DNA of 64,000 nucleotides, taken from NCBI GenBank assembly GCA_012295275.1, contig CM022665.1, forward strand, positions 4,960,001 to 5,024,000, read 5' to 3'. The stretch comes from Chrysomallon squamiferum. Taxonomy: Eukaryota > Animalia > Mollusca. Shown here piece after piece: positions 13,721 through 22,836 of this stretch. Made by a program: the position numbers and the translations under genes. The notes below the pieces were generated by a model. It was not told the DNA's origin. It saw only the letters and a list, made by a program, of their open reading frames with translations, and searched no databases. Numbering within the stretch: the first letter of the stretch is position 1; the number at the start of each line of letters is the position of its first letter.

Positions 13721-14911
13721 CAATTACAATAAAGACCTCGAACTTCAACAATTGTTTAGTGGACGTTATTACGCTCCCATAATCAAGAATACATTTTAAA
13801 AATATGATAGAAAAGGTACAGTCTTTGCCACAGATGCAAAGAAGGAAGACGTCACTCGCAAATTGGTAGTCAGATGGTCGACTAAGAACGGCATCCTCCA
13901 GACTACCAGCAGAAATAAAAATCTTAAACAAATCTAATAGTTCTGACAAGTAGCTCTTATAATGATGAAATTGCTAATCCTGAAAGTTCCTTGACCAGAG
14001 AATCTCTTGTGTTTTCTCACAATGTGAAACCAATGTCATAAATTTCAGTACATACATTTTGTGCGTTCGAAGATTGTTATGACCGACTTCAGAGGACAGT
14101 GACTTTGCAGACGACTTCGACTGGCTAGAAGGACTTTCCAGTCTCCAATCTGCTCAAAGACAACAATCTCAGTCTTCGACATCTGTACAAAGTGCATATA
14201 CTATAGAAGAAGTAGTAGAAGAAGAGCAAACATTTCCATCGTATCCTCAGAAAAGAGGCATTGAAGAAGTGAGGAGAACAAACAATTAGACAAACGTGGA
14301 AATGGCAACAGAAGATTCCAACCAGAGAATTAAAGACTACGAAAATCTCTGTAAATTAACCATTGTTTCTATTATATCCGTTAATAAATCGGAAGCCTGT
14401 TCAGAAAAAAAAGGTTTGGTAGAATGGGTGCTATCCGATAAGGAAGAAAGCGATGTCATCTGTGAAAAAAACAGGCCCCGGACGCTTAGGAGGATTTAAA
14501 TACATTAAAACAAACGTAAAACTACCAAAGGACTGTAAAAGAGTTATTGGTCACGATAGAAAACAAACTATGGAAGCTTCATCGACTATATACGTCATCG
14601 AAACGTACCAGCGATCTCGAATTCGTTGAAAGTGGCAATCCCAGAAGACTGATTGCCCTATTTTATAAATTGGTGCAAGCTGACAAATTTGGACGGAATA
14701 GATATTGCTGCTAAGGCAGTGGCGATGCTTGAAAAATTAGACGTCAGTAAGAGCTGTATGTTTGTTCAGGGACCTAGTACTATCCGAAAGAGTTATTGGT
14801 TCACAGAACCATTTAACCCATTACCCTTCAGTGCCATCAGCCGAGCCGGAAAAGATGAGCCACACTGAATTTCTAGATGGAATAGAAGTCGAATATTCCG
14901 ATATAGACTGA
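13677..14911 (+). pseudogene. NS1: Parvovirus-like NS1/Rep copy A, internally deleted
   Basis: ATG at 13677: MATSYY..ELQQLFSGRYYAPIIK..VVRWSTK matches the 17869 copy (ELQQLFRGRYFYPMIK..VLRWSTK). Contains VEWVLSDKEESD and FVQGPSTIRKSYWFTEPF..RAGKDE. The HUH/Tyr segment and Walker B to motif C appear deleted. Ends EFLDGIEVEY. Confidence 0.85.
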
Positions 14912-14917
14912 ACAAAA

Positions 14918-15162
14918 CCATTCAGTATGAGAAATACGCGCATCTGGACGAGACACCCATCACCGACACGACAGGCAGCTGTATCGTGGAATCCCAGTGA
15001 GTGGTAGACATCAGAGATGCGCTCAACATCATGAGAAATTTTCTGATACCGGACTCGATTTCCCGAAAAATGACAGTGAAATTATTTGTATTCTGGAATG
15101 GGAATTGGATCAATGTTTATGAAATCTTTGACGATCATATGTTTTGTCAACTAATTTTGTAA
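14918..15162 (+). pseudogene. ORF-C paralog 1 (small unknown protein after NS1)
   Basis: MRNFLIPDSISRK..VYEIFDDHMFCQLIL* shares the NF-x8-K and [YF][ED]I-x-[DE]D-xx-F-x-Q pattern with the other two copies. AATAAA at 15192. Confidence 0.55.
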
Positions 15163-15429
15163 ATTCTCTGTATTATATTAATTTTTAATTAAATAAAACA
15201 TTAAATATACTGGGGCAATAACTATTATAGCCTTACTACACACATACTAGAATTGTCTCCCGTACGTACACGCAACCGTACGGGGTAAACAATACATCCA
15301 AAAACCCGTACGCTCAAGAGTATCTAACAACCATAGACACACGAGGCTGCTGACAAGAATTTACAGTTACCAACACATGCCTGAGATGGCATTGATAGAT
15401 GCTGCTACATTGCAAGTAAACAGTCCAAA

Positions 15430-15767
15430 ATGACTACATGAAATTTCAGACTTGCGTCTAGTCAAAATACATGAATATTCAATGCCTAAGATCATTCAGT
15501 ATAACTTTCCAAAGAAACACACATATGCTGTTTATGATCATATGGTAGATAAAATCTGTTATGAAGAAATATTTGGTTTACATTTTGTGAATTGTGTAGC
15601 ACTTAAAAACTTTAGTGACTACGGTGAAATATGGGGGAAACCTCACATGTACAAATACTTTATAAAATGGTTGCTTTGACACTTTACTGATTTATGACAT
15701 AATTGATGACTGTGTGTTCTTCCAGTATTCTCTTGGCAGTAAAAATAACTATGTTCCAATATGTTGA
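15430..15767 (+). pseudogene. ORF-C paralog 2
   Basis: KIHEYSMPKIIQYNFPKKH..VDKICY..LHFVNCVALKNF..WGKPHMYKY, then a frameshift to IYDIIDDCVFFQYSL. Aligns with 20044-20372. AATAAA at 15769. Confidence 0.75.
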
Positions 15768-15888
15768 TAAATAAATGATTGAAATGTTTATTGATTTATG
15801 TTTTGTATAATAAAATTAATATTTAAATAATTTCCGAATAAATTCATCGCAGAGTTATCTGCCCTTTTAATCGGAGTTATCTCCCCTT

Positions 15889-16327
15889 GTTCGGGTTGAA
15901 TCGGTTCGGATAGGTTCGGTTCAGACAAATGATATAGACAAAAGGATAAAAAAAATATAAAAAAATGTATTAGAAACCGTAATAGTTGTAACTGTATGGT
16001 TAGCTATAATACGGTTTATGGTTTAGAGAACATATGTTATCGAGGTAGAAGACAGAAAAGATGGTTTCACCATCGTTTTCATCTGGGACTGGGGCCGCTT
16101 TGATAGCCCGCCGCATCCTGCAAGTTCAGGGGCCTGAAGATTATCTCTTTTGGGGGTTTGGGACTGGGTGCACGGGCAATAAAAGGGCCCGAAGGAGCGT
16201 ACGCGGTTAACGGCCCTCGATTGCCCGGCACCTGATCCAAACTCCAAAAAGAAAGAGATAATCTTCAGGCCCTCGATTTGTTCTGAACCTGCAGGATGTG
16301 GCGGGTTATCAAAGCGGTCCAGTCCCA
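15889..16327. repeat. Terminal region: TTCGG-type pentamers, spacer and a 244-nt palindrome (16084-16327) centred on GCGTACGC
   Basis: TGGGACTGGGGCCGCTTTGATAGCCCGCCGCATCCTGCA...GGCCTGAAGATTATCTCTTT pairs with AAAGAGATAATCTTCAGGCC...TGCAGGATGTGGCGGGTTATCAAAGCGGTCCAGTCCCA. Apex at 16197-16204. Confidence 0.92.
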
Positions 16328-16512
16328 ACATAAGCCGGACATCTTCATTATGAAATTTCTGTCCATCCTCGAAAAAATGGATACACAAATATCAACATTT
16401 TGCATTCAAGGACCATCCACTATAGGAAAATCCTACTGGTTTGTGGAGCCGTTTACCCTTCTACCTCAGTCACACATCGGACGGGCCGGTAAGGATGAAC
16501 GGTTCGCTTTCG
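16328..16512 (+). pseudogene. NS1: NS1 helicase fragment B (Walker A region)
   Basis: PDIFIMKFLSILEKMDTQISTFCIQGPSTIGKSYWFVEPFTLLPQSHIGRAGKDERFAF, fused directly to the end of the hairpin arm. Confidence 0.88.
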
Positions 16513-17085
16513 GAAAAGAGGAATAAGACACGTGAGAAACATCAGTAAGAGGAGTAAAGCGGCAGTGTCAGATGGAGAAGATGAAGACGACGATCTATTT
16601 GGGAAACCACCAGAAACAAAAAAGCCAAAGTTGAAACTGAGCGAAAATCTGCCAGATGAGCGACATAATTGAAACCCGATTCAGAAGTCGGAAGCATCTA
16701 CAGAAAGACATATCATCGAATGGGCGTTGCAAAATAAAGATCAATCCGATGAGGTAATTGGGAAAACGGGTCCGGGAAAATTAGGAGGTTTTAAGTATAT
16801 TAAAATTCACCCAAATTACCAGCGTATAGTAAAAGAATTGTTGGCAAGTTGTGAAAAGAAAAGATTCAGTAATTTTATAGATTATCTCAGAGGGTTGGAG
16901 ATTTCTCCTATGAAGGAGCATCTGGCAATTGCCACTCCCGAGAAGAGCGCCTTCAATTTCTGGAATTGGCTGCTTCTAGCCAATATACAGCCAGATACAT
17001 GTATAATGCTTCAATACTCAAAAAGATGGATACTCAGCGTTCAACCTTTTGTATCCAAGGGCCTACCACCATCGGGAAGTCATAC
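16513..17085 (+). pseudogene. NS1: NS1 fragment C (linker to Walker A)
   Basis: SKRSKAAVSDGED..KLSENL..GKTGPGKLGGFKYIKIHPNYQRIVKE..WNWLLLANIQPD..STFCIQGPTTIGKSY. By my count 70 of 89 residues match copy D over QNKD..IQPD. Confidence 0.9.
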
Positions 17086-17816
17086 ATAACAATTTTGTAT
17101 ATTTATGGTTAAAAAACAAATTAAGTGATTTCAGTAAGTGGTCGTTTATTCACTTTGAAAAAATGCCTAAACAAACTTATGTGTATATCAACCCAACTGT
17201 CAATGATAGTTTTAAACAAGATGGAAAAGTGTTAACAGAATATAGAATTCCGCCTAGAAAACAAGCTCATGACTTCCCACAATACTTATACTGGTTGTGG
17301 ATTAATAATACAGACAGAGTACCAGACGATCATGGAATTGTTCCCTCTGACAAAATAAATTATAACAAAGTTTTAAAAAATGGATTATACTTCGACTCAC
17401 TGCCTAACGCACCTTTCGTGTATGCTCTGAATGAGATAATGCGGTGGGTGATGATTGTCACCTTCAGAAGCATTGTAGCCTATCTGTTATCGAAAACGTT
17501 AACAGATATGATCAAAAAGCAAATACAAGGAGTACAGGAAGGTCAAGGGACACCCCACGGTTTGTCAACACCGGTTGTTGGAGGAACCGAAAACAAATCA
17601 GAAGGTTGTATAGAAGTACTGTTAGGAAGAAATATAGAAGGAGGAAAGATAGAACAGTACTGCCCCATTGACTTCAGATTCAACGAACAAGACTATGATA
17701 GTGAAAAAGACCAAGACAAAACTACAGGACCGGAACATAAAAAACGATCAAATGCAAAACGATTTAAACGATCTATTCCTTATTCTCGTAACAGGCAGCT
17801 GAAGCACCGCATTTGA
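17086..17816 (+). pseudogene. Gene X copy 2 (5'-truncated; ~240 codons still open)
   Basis: RKQAHDFPQYLYWLWINNTDRV..GIV..LKNGLYFD..VAY..GCIEVLLGRNIEGGKIEQYCPIDFRFN is collinear with 13.06-13.46 kb, and is followed by an acidic then basic tail. Confidence 0.75.
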
Positions 17817-17868
17817 AATTTTAAACTCATAGTATCATCACCATAGACTTCATGTGTAAATATTCATT

Positions 17869-20043
17869 ATGGAAGAACAACTAAAAAATGGTAGTGGTAT
17901 TTTTATAGAAGTTAACGGAGTTAATAAGGAACATGATAGGGAGTTACAACAGCTATTCAGAGGTAGATATTTCTACCCCATGATTAAATCAGGGAACAAA
18001 CGCTATGACCGATCAGGCAGGCAGTTTGGCACATATGCCACGCCAGAGGATATAAAAACAAACGTAGTGTTAAGATGGTCGACTAAATTAGAAACTGTTC
18101 AAATACTGCCGAATGTTCAAACCAAAACATTTCTGTCAGGAGTTCAAACACAACAGCAACAATTTACTTATACGATAAAACAAAGAGAAACTTTGATGGT
18201 GGTCCACAGACCAAAGCAGCAGAAAAGTGACATTTAAACAGCAACTCCCCATCTTCACGTAATTGTTAACGAAACAGGTTTAGGGCATACAATACGCCAC
18301 GACAAAGAATTAAGAGCTGTAACGAGACCGTCGCAAGCTGCCCATTACAATGTTAGAGCACAAAGGTTAATTGATGTTCTCGGTTATATGAAATACCTCA
18401 AACGTCCCCAAAACGGTTACGAGTTGCTCGGAACCAACAGCAGACTTCTTGAGAAAATGTGGTTCAAATTACCGGAAGATTGCTCGAACTTGACAACAAT
18501 ACCTACATTGAAATCGATTCTTCAGCCTGAAGAAGAGGATCTTTCTGCTCCGTGGGCAACAATAGTGGAAGGAGATATTTGGGGAACCGCAGAACACATA
18601 GAACACGTCATTTAAAGCATCATCTTCCACTCCTGCAAAAGAGAACTTCAACGACTTCGATGACGACGACAACGGACCGCAACCGTCCACGTCGACATTC
18701 CGAAAACCACCGAAAGGAGACTTCGAGATAGGAAGTGACGAAGAAGAGCCAACAGCCGAAAGAACCTATGGAAATGGAATATCGCAGTATCAGAGAACAT
18801 ACCATTACACCTACTAAGGCCCTTTTTAAAAATCCACGTCCATATTGGATGTCATCACCTCTGCAGTCACAACCAAACGTTACTATGGATGATATAGTAA
18901 ATTTAGAAAATGAAGACGAAGTGTTACCAGCTATTGTTACTCAAAAAAGACAGAGACATGTCCGTACTCTGAGCAAGAGAAGCAGAGCTGCCGAATCGGA
19001 TGGTGAAGACGCTGACGACGACACATCGTCAAAACCATCTGTCGCTAAAAAATTAAAGTTAAGTGAAAATTTATGTACCATGAGCGACATAATAGAGAAA
19101 CTGATCGACAAATCAGAAGCAAGTACCGAACGCCAAATAGTCGAGTGGGTGCTAAACAACAAAGAAGAATCAGACAAGGTAATTGGTAAAACCGGCCCAG
19201 GAAAACTGGGCGGTTTCAAGTACATAAAGATTCATTGCAACTACCAGAGAATCGTAAAAGAGTCGTTAGTAAGCCAAGAGAGAAAGAAATTTAATAACTT
19301 TATCGATTACTTAAGAAAACTCGAATTACCAACAATGAAAGAAAATTTGGCTGTGGCTACACCAGAGGAGTCAGCTTTCAACCTCTGGAACTGGCTCCTT
19401 CTGGCAAACATACAGCCAGATTGCTTTATAATGAAATGTTTGTCTATTTTGGAAAACTTAGACGTCCAGCGAAGCACTTTCTGCCTCCAAGGACCAACCA
19501 CAATCGGGAAGAGCTACTGGTTTGTGGAGCCATTCACCTTAAGTCCAGTCCCACGTCGGACGAGCTGAAAAAGACGAACGTTTTGCGTTCGAGTCCTGCG
19601 TGGGACGCAGAATAATCTTAGTAGACGAAGCCAACATAACGAAGGCAACAGTGGCCAGTTACAAAAGTCTACTAAGAGGAAACGACGTGGAGGTGGAGGT
19701 GAAGAATAAACAGCCAGAGATAATCAATAAAACACATCACCCACCTTCGGACTGGATTCCAAGGACAATATGGCAGTCATCGAAAGGATGTACTTTTACC
19801 GGATAACAGAGGATCCAGAGCCATTAAAGATGTTCCTCAAGGAGGCTAAGTTCTCCAACCCCAAAATGTGGGTTGTTTTCTGGGATTTCATAAACAAGAG
19901 GAATGTCTAGCCGATTTCGAAGACGGTGCTTCGTTCGAATACCGAGACCCACAATTTACTGACGATACTGGATTCTTCAACTATCAACACCAATTGGAGA
20001 TCACAGCAGAACCCAACTTCATGATATCACCATCACCAATCTG
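17869..20043 (+). pseudogene. NS1: Near-full-length parvovirus-like NS1/Rep copy D (HUH endonuclease + SF3 helicase), disrupted by stops and frameshifts
   Basis: Reading through the TAA at 18235 gives PHLHVIV (HLH at 18250-18258) and GYMKYLKR (Tyr at 18385 and 18394). Then an acidic/basic linker, Walker A GPTTIGKS (19491), Walker B IILVDE, B' YKSLLRGNDVEVEVKNK, a deleted motif C, an Arg-finger-like IERMYFYR and NPKMWVVFWDFINK. About 725 codons. Confidence 0.92.
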
Positions 20044-20372
20044 ACTGACAGACATAGATGTATTACACGAAATAAAACTGTACGATTATTCTCTCAGACT
20101 TGTTGTTGTATAACTACCCTAGGACTCATATATTCACAACATTTGAAAAAACTGTAGATAGGTTTCTTTATTTTGAACATGAAGATTTAAAATGTGTTAA
20201 TGTTGTTTCACTTACTAATTTTTATGAATTTAATCATCTTTGGAGTAAAAGGAATATGTTTAAGTTTGTACTTGAATTTGATGACATTCTTATGTTCATT
20301 TTTGAAATTAGTGAAGATCTTGTATTTTTTCAATTATGTTTTAGAGAAATAAATCGAAATATATTGAAATAA
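20044..20372 (+). pseudogene. ORF-C paralog 3 (~105 aa, one frameshift near the 5' end)
   Basis: EIKLYDYSLR/LLYNYPRTH..VDRFLY..LKCVNVVSLTNF..WSKRNMFKF..IFEISEDLVFFQLCF. Starts at the NS1 stop. AATAAA at about 20368, 20398 and 20417. Confidence 0.78.
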
Positions 20373-20465
20373 ATTTTATTGTATTATGTCATTCGTCAAT
20401 AAATTATAACAATTTGAATAAATTATCGACTCTAGTTGTCTGCCCTTGATCACTCGGCTTGGGTG

Positions 20466-20910
20466 CTTCGGGTCGGATCGTTCGGGTTCGAATCAGGTGC
20501 CACGGCAATCACAAGGGCCTTTAGCGTACGCGACGGCCCACTTGATTGCCCGGCGCATCCAGACCCAGAGAGAGAAAAAGAAAAAGAGTAAAGGCCCATT
20601 GATTGCTCATTGCACCATTTCATTAACACACACCATGCCGGTCAATCCAAGTGGCCCCAGTCCCGGAAGAGGACAGCAGTGGAACTGCTCAAGTCTTCAA
20701 AGGTTGCCTGGCCGTTATAGACCGTGAATTTTTGCATAGGCGTACGTACAACAGTCGTACGTGTTTGTGTACGTACGTCTTTGACCCGTACGTCTGATAT
20801 GACCTTTAACCTTTAACCTTTTCAATTGATCTGACCGAACCGAACCGAGCCGAGCCGAGCCGAGCCGAGCCGAGCCGAGCCGATTCGAACCCGAACGATC
20901 CGACCCGAAG
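20466..20910. repeat. Right terminal palindrome remnant with GCGTACGC apex and (CCGAR)n array
   Basis: Perfect 29-nt inverted repeat at 20466-20494 and 20882-20910. Inner stem GGCAATC..GGGCC..GCGTACGC (20524-20531)..GGCCC..GATTGCC is homologous to the 16.2 kb hairpin. CCGAA x2 plus CCGAG x7 at 20835-20879. Confidence 0.9.
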
Positions 20911-21385
20911 AAAAAGTAAATATCCCAAGTAATTATAAACAAATTAACTGTATCATAACTGTTTGGCTTGATGCCTTTCTTTATATCTTATTTACTTGTG
21001 ATGTTTTGTGAGAAAAATGAAAAATTGGTACTGTACTTACTATTACTACTAATTCTACGATAAGTTCTACTATTTTTCTTAATACGTTCTATACCTCAAA
21101 AAGATGTACACTATTTAGATATTTGCCACTACTGCTAATGCGATTATACAACACACACACACACACACACACGATAGATATAAAATTACGAAATTAAAAA
21201 AAAAGACCGAAAAATAATGTCGGTTAATCTATAATGAATATCGACTGTTAGTGTAAAATTAAAATATAACAGAGTTGAGGAAACGTAAACATCACAAATA
21301 AATAAGATATAAAGAAAGGCATCAAGCCAAACAGTTATGATATAGTTAATTTGTTTATAATTACTTGGGATATTTACTTTTTCTT
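20908..21385. repeat. 99-bp inverted repeat (2 mismatches) abutting the right end of the element
   Basis: 20908-21006 is the reverse complement of 21287-21385. Confidence 0.9.
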
Positions 21386-22314
21386 GAATGGGATCGATTG
21401 TTTGTTTCTTTAGCAAAACACAACATATATTACTGATGTAATTTCGTTAAGTAGCTACAAAACAGAAAATGCATTGTTTACGTGTCGAGTCGCCATAGTT
21501 GTGTATCGTCAATATTTTAAAATGTTTATGCCTAATTATTTACGTATTTAGATGCCTTGGTACCAGAAAATCGGAAAATCCAGAAATCCGGAATGCCTCA
21601 GGCCCCAAGGAGTCTGGATAATTGGTCCGGTACCCGTACTACACATAAAGAAAACAACTATCACAGATATAATGATATTAGCAAACATTTGTTGATCAGT
21701 TTACATAGTTTAAAAAGTTAAAGCATTCATCTCGAATTAGAGCACTTTGCCTGAAGAAGTCATCTGAATTAGAAAATACAGCGTGCTCTCCAGTATTAAT
21801 TAATCATTCAGCAAGCGTCATACGCTGAGCAGAATCAAAACATAACAACAAACTTTGATCAGTCAAATCTTCGACGATGTTAACTACTAATACGATACAA
21901 AAACAAAGCGAAAACAGCAAACGTCAATGATACTACTACTACTAATAATGATAATAATTTCGGCTGAACACCCAGTTAATAAGATTCTTTCGTTGTTGTT
22001 TTTTTTTAATGACAGTCAACGTATACAATGAACATTATTTTGAATAAATTTCCATTATATTAATTTTTAAGTCTACGTTCAGCTTGGTAAGAACTCGGAC
22101 AGAAAAGCTACAGAAACCACGCTGGGTGAAATTGTTACTCTCAACCTATTGTTCAGAGAACGCTGAGATTATCTGAGGGAGAAGAAATTTGAAACGTGAG
22201 TATTTGTCACGACAGGTCTAACGTTATATAAGAACAACAAGTTTTACAGCTAACTACACGGTTTTCGTTCATGTTTCTAAACGAATCGACGCCGTTACAT
22301 ACTTCAAAACAAGA

Positions 22315-22836
22315 ATGTTTTTCTTGCTGAGAAAAATGATCAGCATTTTTTTGTTTTGTATTAAAATCCTGTTGAAAATTGTGCTCCTGGAATTAGGGAT
22401 CCGAAAGCATCGGCAGAGAAAAGATGGCCACACTCAGACGGATCCATTGCACGAAAGAAAATATTGTCAGGACGACACAGATGTGTCACACCAACATATT
22501 TCTCGTTTTTCAGTCAGTGAAAGTGATATTTTATCTTCATTTACAAATCGGGACAATTTCGAAAGCTTATTTACGGATAACTATATTGAAGAAATTATTT
22601 TCATTCAAGAGGATGGGGGACCAGTTTTTAAACTGAAGGACTACGTCAAGGTGCAAGAACTTAAAGAAGAAAATTTACGTTTGAAAATGAAAATATCACA
22701 GCTGGAGGATGTGTTAATGAATCTGACAGGTAATAAACAACATTCAAAGAAAAATTTCCTTAGAGGCCTATTTGCAAAATGTAAAGACACTGTGAAAAAT
22801 ACACACTTATATAATAAAAATATTAGAACAACGTAG
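22315..22836 (+). CDS. Intronless orphan ORF, 173 aa, with an N-terminal hydrophobic segment and a leucine-zipper-like coiled coil
   Basis: Non-repetitive 522-nt ORF in AT-rich DNA. Hydrophobic MISIFLFCIKILLKIVLLEL and heptads VQELKEENLRLKMKISQLEDVL. Confidence 0.5.
   Translation: MFFLLRKMISIFLFCIKILLKIVLLELGIRKHRQRKDGHTQTDPLHERKYCQDDTDVSHQHISRFSVSESDILSSFTNRDNFESLFTDNYIEEIIFIQEDGGPVFKLKDYVKVQELKEENLRLKMKISQLEDVLMNLTGNKQHSKKNFLRGLFAKCKDTVKNTHLYNKNIRTT

Larger units (their letters stand above)
11818..20910 (+). mobile_element. Cluster of endogenous parvovirus-like (NS1/Rep-encoding) elements, all on the + strand
   Basis: SF3 Walker A motifs GPSTIRKS (14770), GPSTIGKS (16410), GPTTIGKS (17059 and 19491), plus a decayed CLSTVSKT (12674). 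HUH motif PHLHVIV and YMKYL. GC-rich hairpins at 11.9, 16.2 and 20.5 kb. Intronless, lacks the AT-rich microsatellites of the flanks, and has higher GC. Confidence 0.92.

Noticed and set aside
16023-16388. 121-aa minus-strand ORF and the N-terminus of the 16296 ORF
   Set aside because: They run through the GC-rich palindrome, where stops are rare. Not a capsid or real gene. The same applies to 20446-20727 and 20715-20942.
13527-19501. Minus-strand ORFs within the viral cluster as a possible ambisense VP gene
   Set aside because: All are short (140 aa or less) antisense shadows of NS1 or gene X, with no PLA2 or Gly-rich VP features and no conservation between copies.
11818-20910. Interpretation as a Helitron, Polinton/Maverick, CRESS virus or CRISPR array
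   Set aside because: The helicase is SF3 with a parvoviral B' motif, not PIF1. There is no pPolB or integrase. The ends are long palindromes rather than a nonanucleotide stem-loop. There are no regular repeat-spacer units or cas genes.
21560-21640. Short TCCGGA/TCCAGA-rich patch resembling a MITE end
   Set aside because: No matching second end or TSD found.
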